This document shows positions 26,201 to 36,539 of a stretch of 46,882 nucleotides of DNA, piece after piece. The first letter of the stretch is position 1, and each line of letters opens with the position of its first letter. This stretch comes from Coniocarpon cinnabarinum. Taxonomy: Eukaryota. The notes under the pieces were generated by a model. The model did not search any database. It was not told the origin of the DNA and saw nothing but the letters and a program-made list of their open reading frames with translations. A program made the position numbers and the translations under genes. The DNA is taken from positions 1-46,882 of the forward strand of contig JAVECO010000175.1 in NCBI GenBank assembly GCA_051942205.1, written 5' to 3'.

Positions 26201-28730
26201 AAGTTCTGGGGTCGCGTGCACGGGAGCAGTCAATGGAAGCCGCAGCTTCGTCTTCTAGACGCGCGCGTTCGTCGTTCTGACGTCGACGTGCTTGCTCGAC
26301 GAGATCTTGATACTTGTCCGCACGAGTCAGACTGGCAGATGTCTTGTGCTGTTGGGCGATAGTCTTAAAAGTTTTGGCCAGATTTTTGACACGTACGAGG
26401 GGCCGTTTCAGAAGAAAAGCCACGTCTATTTTCCGGCCCTCATCATTGATCACAAAACCTTCCTCATCCCTCTTGAGGCCATCGTCCGATTTGCCCGTGC
26501 CTTCCCCTGGGGCGAGATTGACCACAACGTCTTGAAAGCCCATACGCCATGCATTGATATAGTCGGCGTACACGCGCTCACCTTGTTCGCCCCAAGCCAC
26601 GAGTGCCTCAATCGTGATCAAGGGCATTCGACGATGAAGGCTTCTGAGCCTCTCCAAGGCGATGCCCATGTTGACAATTGGTGCCGTGGCTTTGCTTGTT
26701 GAGGTCTTGGCTCCAAACAAGCCAGAAACGGCCTTAGACTTTTCCTGCGACATCGCAGACGTAAGAAGCACTGGGATGACTCCATCGATCAATGTCTTCA
26801 GCTCGCGACCATACTTTTCTTCGTCGTCACGCACGTCAGCCAAGAGATTATTGGCGTCGCGCATCTCTTTTGCATTCCGCCGTGAACGCAGACTACAGGC
26901 TGACTTGAGAGGTGCGCCGGCGCCGTCAGGCCTCGATAGTATGGACATAAGATCATCATCTGTAGTAACGTGTCGTTGGGGGCCAGGCCGCGTCAATTCC
27001 ATTGACTTATTATTATCCACTTGCAAATCCTTGGGGCCAGAACATGTTTGATCTTCAGCCTGCACTGACGCGGGCACCGCGGGTGGATGAGCCGGCGACG
27101 TGTCCTTCTTGGCAACCTTTGTGATTTTGAGCGGCTCGATGGGTCTCGACTCATATTCTGTAGCCGGAGGCTCCCGAGGCATAACAACGCTTGCTGAATC
27201 ATCGGGATGGACAGACGCGTCCGCGGACCACACAGTCGATGGCGGCTTGGGCGGTGCGTTTGGGGAAGACGATGGAGAGCGCCGCCTGCGAGGGGCTGCG
27301 CGGTCGTGTTTGGCTCCTCTCCGTCGCAGCAACCCCGGTGTTGAAGGAGACTCGTCCGCACTCTTAACTGGACTTCCATCTGAAGCTGGTGTGAGCGGTA
27401 CGGAATCGCTTTCTGGCAGTTGAGTAGACTTCGCCTCCGGCTCGGAAGGCTGGTTCGGTTGACTGGGATCGCGTCTTCTGTTCTTTCGCCTTTCCCGTCT
27501 TAATTCCTCAAGCTCATCTCGTCGCGGCCGCAGCTTTGGCTTCTCAGGCGACCCGTGCTCGCGTGCCTCAGTATGTCTGTGCTCGGTCTTGTGCACCTTT
27601 GGCCTGGGCTTGTCCTCTTCAAACTTCTCTGGCTGGCCACCAAGCCACGCAGAAATGCGCGGGTTCGAGGACGACCCACTAGGAGGCGCAGCATTCTCGC
27701 CAGGTAGTTTTTTCAAATCTATATTCTCATTACCATCTGCGCAATCCTTTTTTGGCTGCCCAAGTTGTTTGGAAATGGGACATCCTGTGATGAATTCCAG
27801 AGTCGCGAAAGGGTTTGGTGGTTCTTCTGCTTTCGGTGCTTTGGGAGGCGAGCTCGGTTTTGGCGGAGAGCGTCCTGCAAAGAATTCTAGCTTCGCTTTT
27901 CTCTCTTCTAAATTGCGGGCAGGTATTGGCTTTGGTGGTGACTTCTTTGGAGAAGCGTCTTGCGGCTTGCGCGTTTGTATGGCAGGTGGTATTAATGGTG
28001 GGGGCGTCTTAGGTCTGAAAGATTCCACCTTCTCTCGACTGATGGCAGGCTTGAGGACAGAACGATCGACTGCGCTCGTGCGAGGCTGTGATGCTACTGG
28101 CTGCGCAGTCTCTGTCCAGCGCTTGACTCCATTTGGCGTGACTTCCACGCGAGTCTTAAGCACAGCTTCATGTTTCTTTCTTCGGACCCAACCATCAAAT
28201 TTGCCGTCTTCAGCACGAAGGTTGATATCGTACTCGTATCCAGCTCTTGGAAGCTCCACTGGATTTTGAATGCCTGGGTTGTGCTGATGTACGCCTTTTG
28301 TGACTTCAGCCGTTAAACGGTCCTTCATCCAGTGCTCATCGCTGACTATCCGCTTCTTTGGGGAACTGGGTGATCGGCTCTCAGTGGTCATTGCTGTAGT
28401 TTGCGCATGCAGATTGTTTGTGCCGAGTGGAGTCTGCTTCGCCAAGTCCGTATTCGCCTTGCGTTTCCTCAGCGTGCCTTCACTGTTCGCGGTCCTTTTG
28501 CGCGATTCAAGGACAGCATCAGAAGCATATCCCACATCATCGAAAGCCAGCGCATCCGCGTTCAAATTCTGCCATTTGGCAATCTTGTTGCGAATATTGG
28601 CCGGGCTGTATGGCCCAGCCGTGGCTCCAGCATTCGGAGGCTCTGAGCGTGTTATTGGAAAAGGGGTCGCGGGAGTGGAAAGTGGCCTCGGCCGGTCTCG
28701 AGACTGATTCACTTGTCGAGGCGAGGGCAT
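23202..28730 (-). CDS. Large conserved-looking fungal protein (~1842 aa from first ATG) with degenerate DH-like and PH-like domains and long Pro/Ser-rich regions
   Basis: Single 5.8-kb ORF; the track start at 28997 is TTG and the first ATG is 28730. Ordered blocks include DDEEKYGRELKTLIDGVIPVLL, AFLLKRPLVRVKNLAK, HSTGQRVDCRVEL, ELTPLVPLRRGTAIDISIRSPP and KVRLYER..WRDKGSARLTV. Confidence 0.85.
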   Translation of the reverse strand: MPSPRQVNQSRDRPRPLSTPATPFPITRSEPPNAGATAGPYSPANIRNKIAKWQNLNADALAFDDVGYASDAVLESRKRTANSEGTLRKRKANTDLAKQTPLGTNNLHAQTTAMTTESRSPSSPKKRIVSDEHWMKDRLTAEVTKGVHQHNPGIQNPVELPRAGYEYDINLRAEDGKFDGWVRRKKHEAVLKTRVEVTPNGVKRWTETAQPVASQPRTSAVDRSVLKPAISREKVESFRPKTPPPLIPPAIQTRKPQDASPKKSPPKPIPARNLEERKAKLEFFAGRSPPKPSSPPKAPKAEEPPNPFATLEFITGCPISKQLGQPKKDCADGNENIDLKKLPGENAAPPSGSSSNPRISAWLGGQPEKFEEDKPRPKVHKTEHRHTEAREHGSPEKPKLRPRRDELEELRRERRKNRRRDPSQPNQPSEPEAKSTQLPESDSVPLTPASDGSPVKSADESPSTPGLLRRRGAKHDRAAPRRRRSPSSSPNAPPKPPSTVWSADASVHPDDSASVVMPREPPATEYESRPIEPLKITKVAKKDTSPAHPPAVPASVQAEDQTCSGPKDLQVDNNKSMELTRPGPQRHVTTDDDLMSILSRPDGAGAPLKSACSLRSRRNAKEMRDANNLLADVRDDEEKYGRELKTLIDGVIPVLLTSAMSQEKSKAVSGLFGAKTSTSKATAPIVNMGIALERLRSLHRRMPLITIEALVAWGEQGERVYADYINAWRMGFQDVVVNLAPGEGTGKSDDGLKRDEEGFVINDEGRKIDVAFLLKRPLVRVKNLAKTFKTIAQQHKTSASLTRADKYQDLVEQARRRQNDERARLEDEAAASIDCSRARDPRTLAPLPGVQLDPSRCVRARDTFDLNFRHSTGQRVDCRVELLLRDDRINQGTSGDVLICELEDPAKWLLLPPIQHDRISSRIDGISGDLIVMVRGPGGGEQLWQEIFSLRPDDDQSAMEWHNMLGSRPVPPALDSTDYFSLPDAAMFAAADQVKASRSSRRKVSPSEIEVPLGEQASAISRHFGSRPSASHVHSSPSSHGHRKHASEVSSPMPSASSAPSTTSRPRPLPQPPTGLRHRRQDSEGLAVAESPPPLPNDTVRKPAASEVSTPSQPRRSDYTAVNALRDPDYARKLGMRRRRQASPPGSTASSSSGGNFSVWMPASAPEREVTEDPFSNTMPGQKPALNRRDASAPTYKSSVPDFGKKRREREALQSPPSLEGIMSSLSLGERREGHSSSPVSPLSPPPLHEDPLASRSLPSTPAPHTKHQRSHSHQIPSQQPSRTPPSKLHQQSSSTHHSNISIANAPKLTPPSTTPNDSSPRPTSRHRRASSPLKHEWDPSSSSDASLNANFLDDTDVSDAESLTSVSDAGDVVPSLPSYGAMHKRKAPATTFEPKNTGTVAPSNSASQIGASDNSASHGGPAQRIASLFAWSDTGAWTQLQDNECAIVLSPGLIEAFDLTKLNSALAFDKDKWRPHTTSADPASPSNPNRPKNIEPLLALELTPLVPLRRGTAIDISIRSPPTAASTLPAAKRTKQFMLRSRTNTECDTLYAAINHARIHNPTYIAMQNANPTAPKSNWAAIMDSRPDASVSGSRKLFGLGRKSSYRAKSRRTPSIAANTNQTQSSVVDTLGDALGTALKRLANPGSKAFSLAKSSVDHGPSSSDSGTFSSSSGANASGLSTPPAGTGAGPGATAAALNAGIDPAMGTPLGISNLKVRLYERQQVNNTWRDKGSARLTVLQPPRPPGAPPPLAPDGRLIQSKRILILGKTKGEMLLDVTLGETSFERVGRVGIAINVWERRDGVESKGSVMSGRARTYMIQCKGEAEAGFMFGLVGRAVRY

Positions 28731-29703
28731 TTGTTCACGTTGAGCTTTGGTAGAGGGCGAGGCTATTCTCAAGCCCGAGGGTGGTGACTCTGGGCGGTTC
28801 CCGTGCTGACAAGCATCCCGGAGCGAGCGGATAGCGGCAAGTTGTCTGTCCACTTTAGAAGCCAACGATGCAACTGAAATGCAGCTCTGGAAGTTGTTTG
28901 CTCTTTCAGCAACGAGCAGAGAGAATTTGGCACCAAGAAGAAATGCTGACCGAGGGTTGTGCACGCAGTCGCTGTCGGCAGAGCGGTGTCCAGACAATGT
29001 TTATGTTTTGCCATTTCCGGAATGGTGCGTATTTGGGGGCCACGTAGCCGCAGGACCGAGGGACCCTCGCCACCCGCTTGCGCGTTCTCGACCACCGAGC
29101 ACCCATCTTGCACCCGCCAGCCGCTATTCGAGTTCGCGGATGCAGACAATAACGACATTTGCGTGGTCGCGACGAAGAGCGTACTCACCGTGTCCTTGGA
29201 ATAGCGAAAATTGCCGTATGACAAACAACGCGTCAGTGCCAATTGATAGAGTAACTGTGCGCAGCGCTCTTTCGCCACTGCTGCACTGTCACTATGCATC
29301 TTATGAACCACGAAGGGCTTTCGACGTCGTACTCATAGCTTTGTAATCCGAGATGTTTCGTCGTACAGGCTGGTCGCCCAGACTGAGATCCGGCAACGAC
29401 TTGACCCTTGCCGCAATCAACTCTCAGTTGTTGAACGGCACGACTTACTGTCGGTCCCGCTCTGCTACGACTGATAAAATTTCGCGTTGGATGTCTCTCC
29501 GCTTGATGACTGTTGCTCAGAAACTTTTTTGGAGCTGCCAATCGCGAATGAAATGGGCTTCTCGCCAAGTCAAGCATCAACGTCGACATTCACTTCGCGT
29601 TTATCTTTCGAGCCGAGTTGCAGTTCTGAATGGGTCTGGAAAATTCGCGTATAGATCCTTCGACAAGCTTCGTTGTACAAGCATCTTCAACTTGGTCGGT
29701 TGA

Positions 29704-30565
29704 CTACCGGCTTTTCTTCAAGTCCTGTTGGATTTCAGATTGGCTCAGTGCTCGTGATGCGGCTGCAACAGCTTTGTGTGCGCGATAAATCGAGAGACAG
29801 CTGCTGGCTATGAGCACTTGTCTTTCGTTAGCGCAAGACAAATTTGTTGACTTCGATCGGCCTTACCGCCAGGCACCGCAAGCCAAATAGAGTTTGCGAA
29901 GAAAAAGTAGCCCCAGAAATACAGCTTCTCAGGGCGAGAGTAATCGATGCCATACATGTAGTGATCGATCATACTTGTCGCATAATACAGAAAATCGCCG
30001 TAAAGATGTGCCATAGATACTATAATTTGCAATGGGTGTCGCAGGGCATGGTCATTGGCAATCAGGGCTGCAACTAACCAGCACAAGGGTCCCCAGAGAG
30101 CCACCGTGATCGATTCTATAGAGAGTACAAACGAATTTAGCGTCAAGTACCGGGAGTCGGCTAATGCATATTCTTTCCACAGCTGACCCAAAACTGTTCG
30201 CGTGCTCGCTAAATCTTGGTAATGCAAGATGAGATAGCCCTCAAAGAAAATGTGGATTGAACCTGCTGAAAAGTCGTTAGTCAAGCGTCGCTCTTCACCA
30301 CGGATAGGCTCCTGGTCTCACACATGACAAACCACATGATTGTTAACATTTCGTTTTCTGGAAGGAAGGGGTGCATAGAAAGCATATAGTAACGAGTGAG
30401 ACCCAAGAGAATGGCACATGTCGCAGCAAAGATCGACAGAAGCTGTAGAGCGGTGTAGTCGTTCGCAGTATAGTCAAGCAGCTCTATCTCGAGTGGGTAG
30501 TACGGATGCAACCCGTTGGCATTGATTTTAGTCTTATTCGAGGATTGGGTTCCTGAGTGATGCAT
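29704..30565 (-). CDS. EBP (emopamil-binding protein / sterol delta8-delta7 isomerase, EXPERA) family protein; exons 30565..30322, 30265..29867, 29816(or 29807)..29704
   Basis: HPYYP; WFVMSGSIHIFFEGY; LGQLWKEYALADSRY; IESITVALWGPL; QIIVSMAHLYGDFLYY; YFWGYFFFANSIWLAVP. Two introns with GTGAGA and GTAAGG donors and CTAAC branch points. Confidence 0.9.
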
Positions 30566-30807
30566 TCTCGACACCCCTCGAAAATGCAAAATAGAATTCG
30601 CAGTGTTGAGTAGAGGATTATCGCGTCAGAGGAAAACTAAGATGACCCGAATCGAAGATTGTACGTTGCTTTGCTCTGATGTGAGACTCGTGTTGGATAG
30701 TCAACTGGGACATACCAGATCGTTTCCCGATGGAGTAATGCGCAGCACAGATGTATCAATCAATGGTTATATATTACCTATACTAGCCGGTTCGACCATA
30801 GCGAGAT

Positions 30808-30880
30808 GCCTCGCTAGCTCAATCGGAAGAGCGTGAGACTCTTAATCTCAAGGTTGCGGGTTCGAGCCCCGCGTGGGGCT
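30808..30880 (+). tRNA. tRNA-Lys(CTT), intronless
   Basis: Acceptor stem GCCTCGC/GTGGGGC; D arm GCTC-AATCGGAA-GAGC; anticodon arm TGAGA-CTCTTAA-TCTCA (CTT at 30841-43); T arm GCGGG-TTCGAGC-CCCGC; 73 nt. Confidence 0.96.
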
Positions 30881-30928
30881 TCTACACGATGATTGTCCTC
30901 AATGTCACAGGTTTAAATCCTGTGAAAC

Positions 30929-30935
30929 TTTTTTT
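30929..30935 (+). terminator. Pol III terminator (oligo-T) for tRNA-Lys
   Basis: First long T run downstream of the tRNA, about 48 nt past the discriminator base. Confidence 0.6.
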
Positions 30936-31169
30936 GCTGTATCAACATCGATCATTTTTGCGATGCCGCGCATCAGGTCGGGTGAATTTTGGACTAACCC
31001 TGCCGTGAGAGAAACTACCCTACCCGTAACATGACATCATCTGCAAGTGTTTAGAGGTGATTTCCGCGTCCTGATTGACGCGTGTGTTCGACATGCAAGC
31101 TTTCCAGTGAGATTCAAGCTCCAGCAACACGACCTCCGCATCGCGAAACTGCTCGACCGAGCCTCAGAT

Positions 31170-32114
31170 ATGGCTTCATTACAAAATCAATCTGCTTCAG
31201 ATGCAGAGTATGACTCAGATGCCGATGAAGATTTCCATCCGGAAACGACGGAAGCACATCAGGCATACGAGAGCTTTCCCTCAGATGATGACGATGTGAA
31301 AGCAAATACTTCAAGAGTCTCCGGTACTGACAACGCGCTTGACTTTGACAATTCTGGAGATGAGGCCACGATCACCAAAGCGCGGCGCAAGAGGCGAAAG
31401 TTGAGTGGGACCGCTGCCAGGGTTGAAGATGACTCTTCCGACGTGATAAAAACACGAGCGCAACGCAAGCTCGAGCAGCACGAAAAGAAGGAACGAATAA
31501 GCCAAGGTCCAACCTCAGTTAACGTCGATGCACTATGGGCGATGATGTCCGGCCCGCCGACCAATACAACGGGACTGAATTCTGAAACACCGCACGACAA
31601 TCAGTCAATGGATTCAGGACCTTCTCCCTCCATGGACTCCAAGAGCATATTCTCAGCCCCAAATGGGCAAGCGCACATCGAACAGAGGACGCCAGGCGCC
31701 ACGACGTCCACACGTGAGCCCATGGTCACCATCAAACGGAAGATTGAATTTGCTGGTCAAGTGACGGAGGAAGAGCGCCAGGTGCCAGCTTCCTCCGCAG
31801 AAGCCAAGTTGTATCTTGAGAATCAGAGGAAGGAGAGCCCAAGCGCGCCTCTGAGACCCACGCATCACCGACCAAAGAAGCGGAAATCCATGTTCGATCA
31901 GCCACAGGTTGACAAGCCAGCCGATGACGGAAAGAAACTCTCAACTCTCGAAAAGTCAAAGCTTGATTGGGCCGCGCAGGTGGACAAAGAGGGTCTCGCA
32001 GATGAACTGGAAGAGTCCAGTCGCGGCAAGGCAGACTATCTCGGACGCATCGATTTCTTGGGTCGCATGGACGCTAGAAAGGAAGCGAATGCACGTGATG
32101 GAGGAGCTGGATGA
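31170..32114 (+). CDS. SWC5: SWR1-complex subunit Swc5 (BCNT-C domain), 314 aa
   Basis: Acidic N-terminus EYDSDADEDF; LDFDNSGDEATI; IKTRAQR; VTIKRKIEFAGQ; BCNT signature KLSTLEKSKLDW...ADEL...DYLGRIDFL. First ATG at 31170. Confidence 0.92.
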   Translation: MASLQNQSASDAEYDSDADEDFHPETTEAHQAYESFPSDDDDVKANTSRVSGTDNALDFDNSGDEATITKARRKRRKLSGTAARVEDDSSDVIKTRAQRKLEQHEKKERISQGPTSVNVDALWAMMSGPPTNTTGLNSETPHDNQSMDSGPSPSMDSKSIFSAPNGQAHIEQRTPGATTSTREPMVTIKRKIEFAGQVTEEERQVPASSAEAKLYLENQRKESPSAPLRPTHHRPKKRKSMFDQPQVDKPADDGKKLSTLEKSKLDWAAQVDKEGLADELEESSRGKADYLGRIDFLGRMDARKEANARDGGAG

Positions 32115-32328
32115 TTTCATCTACACGTACAAACATCACTGATTCTAAGTGAGCCTCCGAAACTTGTTGCACTTGTATTATGATTACCTCGAACCATCAT
32201 GAGATCTCATCATTTGTCATGTCCTTGCGACCACCCAGTACCCAAGTTCAGCTGATGCCACAAAGAGGCGACGTTCCAAAACCACAGGAAATGCTCTAGG
32301 CGTGCTTGAAATGGACTAAGCCTAAGCT

Positions 32329-33810
32329 TCACAGCTTTGACGTACGTAGAGTCAGTCTCCTGTGACCGAAGCCTGGAGACTTGACCGCTCTCGCCGGGCT
32401 GGTTGAGGCCATGAGTTTCTCCAGACCTACCATAGAAAGCGTCATGGGCTGCTCACTCGGCTTTGGTCCTCCTTTGCACCATGCCATGCACCACGGAACC
32501 TTGACGTCGACCCACCTGTACCAACCCCTGCTGTGTTCACCGGTTAGAAGCTTGCTGCGATTTCTTTCAAAATCTTCGCAAGACACAAAGCCATCCGGGA
32601 AGAGCTCACGCATAGTGTCATGATCAATGTGTGCATTGCACTTGGGTGTCCAGGCTTCACCCAGATTTCGATTTCCAGCTGGTGTAGCGGAATTCTCCAT
32701 GTGTTTCCTGAGAGCTAGTTTGACTGATTGTTTGCGCACTTTTGCTCGGGCTTTATCACCTTTCAGGTCTCGCAGGATGACAGCTTCGATGATGCGTCGA
32801 TGAACCACGGGATTCCGCGAAGGATTCACGCTGTGGCCGTAAATATGTGTGGCCAAGTGTTGGCTCATGTTATCGGAACGTTCGGTGATTGGTTTAATGT
32901 GTCCCTTTGGACATATTTCATCACCAAAGTAGATGGCAAAAGGGCAGAAAAATTTGCGCTTCTCCTCGGGCTTCAAATGAGTGCGTTGGTGCCGTTTCAA
33001 ATGCTCCCCTCTCTTAAATTTTCCCTGACATCTCTTGCCATTGTGCCTGCAGTCACATACTTTCTCTGATCTATCGGCCTTAGCCCAGGGACAATCGATC
33101 TCCTTTTTTCGTGTTCCTGACTGGGTGCCTGGACTGGCTGTGATCCGTCTCCTGCGATTGTTTTTGTTAGGTCTGGGAGATCTCGAATGCAATGTTGAGG
33201 GAGACTCTTCATAGCCGGACGGGGCTTCCGCAGACGAGCATGACAGTGGCACTATGCTGTAAGTCGACGTCGAAGCTGACGACGTGAGCCCACTTTGGTC
33301 AGATAAAGGCCAGGGAGAAGTATCCAAGGGCGTGATAGCTGGATTTATCTCACTACAATCCATGTGTGACACGCTGCTGGCTGATGGTACTGTGCCGAGT
33401 GAATTGAAAGAATATTCAGGTTGATCGGGAGCGCTTTGAATACATGGCGTCGAGGAGCCGCGCAACGTCTCGTCCATGCGGAAGGCGTCGAGTTTGTTAG
33501 CTGGCCAGGGCGCCTCTAAATGGAAGGTAGCGGGCCATGGTGGCAATGCAAGACTGCCCTGTGTTGTAGATGGCGTACTTGGGCCTGCATGACTCGGCGC
33601 AGTGTCTGCGTTGGACAACGTCTCCAAAGGTGAGCAAGGTAACGATGAGTCTATCGAATCCACAGCGAATGACATGTCTGTTGTTGCGACAGGCGGGTAG
33701 TAATGGCTAAGATCGTTCGCAGAACACTCGAAATTACCACTGAGATCGCCATGTCCTTCGAAGGACACACATTGTTGGTAGATGTTTTCCATATTGATAT
33801 TGGCATCCAT
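32329..33810 (-). CDS. C2H2 zinc-finger transcription factor with BrlA/Msn2-type recognition helices (in-frame upstream ATG at 33951 also possible)
   Basis: CDCRHNGKRCQGKFKRGEHLKRHQRTH and FFCPF...CPK...RSDNMSQHLATH; Ser/Pro/acidic N-terminal half; ATG 33810 in strong CACCATGG context. Confidence 0.8.
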   Translation of the reverse strand: MDANINMENIYQQCVSFEGHGDLSGNFECSANDLSHYYPPVATTDMSFAVDSIDSSLPCSPLETLSNADTAPSHAGPSTPSTTQGSLALPPWPATFHLEAPWPANKLDAFRMDETLRGSSTPCIQSAPDQPEYSFNSLGTVPSASSVSHMDCSEINPAITPLDTSPWPLSDQSGLTSSASTSTYSIVPLSCSSAEAPSGYEESPSTLHSRSPRPNKNNRRRRITASPGTQSGTRKKEIDCPWAKADRSEKVCDCRHNGKRCQGKFKRGEHLKRHQRTHLKPEEKRKFFCPFAIYFGDEICPKGHIKPITERSDNMSQHLATHIYGHSVNPSRNPVVHRRIIEAVILRDLKGDKARAKVRKQSVKLALRKHMENSATPAGNRNLGEAWTPKCNAHIDHDTMRELFPDGFVSCEDFERNRSKLLTGEHSRGWYRWVDVKVPWCMAWCKGGPKPSEQPMTLSMVGLEKLMASTSPARAVKSPGFGHRRLTLRTSKL

Positions 33811-36539
33811 GGTGAGCGGTGACACCTGAACCAAGACAAGAAGAGCCAGAGGAAGCCTTTTGAGAGCAGAAAATTCGGCAAAACGTGAACGTTTTTCAGA
33901 AGAATTCGCGACGTACTCGAAACTAACGAAGGGATCGTCACAGGAGCTCATGGTTAAATATTATACGACGTTGAACTTATCGGAGCTTTTTCTCAACGGT
34001 TCGACCTGACGCAAATCAAAATTCACGGAGATGGAATGAAGACCCGCTAGGAATGCAAACCTCCCCCGCAGGACCCACGCCTTCGCCTGGTAGCGTGCAG
34101 GATCATCAGACCTAGTGGCAGTGTGGTTGCAAGGAACGTACGAAATACAGACTCTGACTCTACTGCCGGTACATTGCATCGATCTCCCTTAGCGTCTCTG
34201 CGCATGAAGAGACACCTCAGGCTACACAGATCGCTGGCGGCCATCGCTTAGGGGAGAAATCAGAGGTGAGTGTTGGGAATGATGGGACTGTCACGGCCAT
34301 GATCTGATTGGGTAATGCAGTCTCGACACCAGACAAGCGCGCTGGAGGAACTCGAGGCGGGCTGGATGATCGCTCTGCCACTGTCGGTCGATCATATAGA
34401 TCGATTGGCAACGCGCTACTTTACACATAGTGGGTCGCCCAAATGCAGCCGTTTCTGGACTGGACGTAGCGCAAACACTGAGGGGGCCAGTACACACGCC
34501 TGGCATTTCATCTCTCAAGATGAGCAGCTAGTAGGTGGTGCTGAGGCTGCGCAATCGGAGGCAGCCTGCTCATGCAGGAGAAAGAGGTTGGAGTGGCAAG
34601 TCATCCGACGTGGAGGCCAATAGGCCCAGTGTTACACAAGATGGCACGGATCAGGCTTAGATGCACATCCCCTGCAAATGGCTACAGACGATTCATACGC
34701 CAGCAGCTCATCTTTTGACAGCAGCGGCGCATTTGTAGGGGATCTGGAACCACTTTGACAGGTGTGGGGCTTCAGGTAAGCCACACATACAGCCCAATAC
34801 CACCTACAGAGACGACATCTCGCATCCTCACCGCTCCGGTCCAGCACTCACCAGGCTCATCTGAACGAGACAAAGAAGACCCTCCCCATCGAATGGAAAC
34901 TCGCATTCATCTAACATCAGCCCTGCGACATCAAAGCTCTCCTGGATCTCACGTCGCTCCAGCCCCACGAATCCTGCATCCACCGAACGCCGTTGACCCG
35001 CTCCTCGCCGATCATAGCGGACACGACAGCCTTCTCCCCACTCCGTCTGATGTTTCCCCTGCTTCGCCTGTAGAAAGGTCGTCATCATCTCTCGTCTCGT
35101 ACCTACTGAACTCCTCATCCGGGCCGGTTTATGCAGGTACCCGCCGCTCCCAGCGCTACGCGTCTCAAACCCAGTCCCCCCGCCATGTCCCGCTCGGCTG
35201 GATCATAGGAAGGCTTCGAGATTCCTGGTCATTGATGCAGCCACCCCGACCAAGCGCTCGCCTGTATCTGGCTCGAGGCGCTTCTCAACGGTCGGCTGCA
35301 GCCACGGTGCCCTCCCTGCACTCATCGCGACCTCACGTCGTATCTCATGACCTCAAATCACAAACAGTCATATTGCTCGATCGTGGACGGCGATCATGAT
35401 CTTGGCGGAGAAAATGGCACTACTACATCTACAGATTTCTGCGTTCGACGAGCAGCCATCTGAATTCCGTGTGAATCTCTGTTGAAAGTCTTACAGAGCG
35501 CCTCTCCTTTCCATCGGCTAGGCATCCCGTCTTCGGAGCGTGTCCATTCTGCACGATCGACGCAACCACCTGCTCGGAATACCAAAATATGACAACCGCT
35601 ATCTTTGTCCCCGTCCATCGCTGTGTGCACGACCACGGTTTCACGTAAAGCGAAACATCCTGCGCACAAGGGGCAACCTTTCTGCCAGGCTGCCACATGA
35701 CCTTGTGGCCGACTTCGCACAGATCCCCTGCGTTCCTTGATTCCAGAAGGGCAAGAAGTGTCCCCTAAAAAAAGGCGTTTCGACATGTCCGATGTCGCAG
35801 TTCTGCTGATGACAGAGCCGCCTCGGGCAACGTAGCATCTCAGGTATCACCACCTTTATCACACGCTGATACATCATGAGGTCGCATCCTATACTTCGAC
35901 TCTCTCCCTCTCCTTAGTAAGTCGAGCAGCTCAATACAACAGTACATGTCAATGTGGTGCCAATGAGATCAGATCATTCTGCAGGAGCGTTTCGCGTCAA
36001 TATAATCTCCTTAGCACGCTCGATGTAACCTTTGATCAGCGATACCAAGTCGTCCGCGAATCAAACTAATAATACTGGAAGAGGATGAGTCAATCTTGTC
36101 TCTATGCATAAGGAATATGGATCGGATAACTGGCGCCTTGCCGTTTCTCGTCCAGAAAGCAACATTATTTTACAACTTGAACTGCAACTTCAATTCGAAC
36201 CGTGTTGACTACATCCTTCCTTCGGGATTCCTGCCTCATCGCGAGGGAAGCATGAGTTTGATGTCATTCTCACTTACAAAGTTCTGAGTAAATCAATCAT
36301 CATCACTAAACTTCATTCCACTAGGAGAAGCCGACTCAGAGGACAATCCTCATTACGACGCCCGAGCTGCTCACTAGGTATCCTATCAATTTCAAGTCAA
36401 TGTCTTATCCCAACAGTCCTCCACACTCTTCGATATCCATCGTACGAGCTGTTGACAGTAAAGAGCGCTCCCACGAGACAAAGACGAAGTGTAAGCAGAT
36501 ATCCTGGAACTACCGTGACTCATGAATTATGCTATACCG

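Noticed and set aside
23041..28753. Numerous plus-strand ORFs (e.g. 23041-23865, 27589-28269)
   Set aside because: Antisense shadows of the long minus-strand CDS with no recognisable motifs.
11299..30565. Sterol gene cluster (Upc2-like TF plus EBP protein)
   Set aside because: The genes are 16 kb apart and separated by unrelated housekeeping genes; nothing indicates co-regulation.
34755..35399. 214-codon Ser/Pro-rich ORF
   Set aside because: Non-ATG start, low complexity and no family motifs; it lies in the upstream region of the C2H2 gene.
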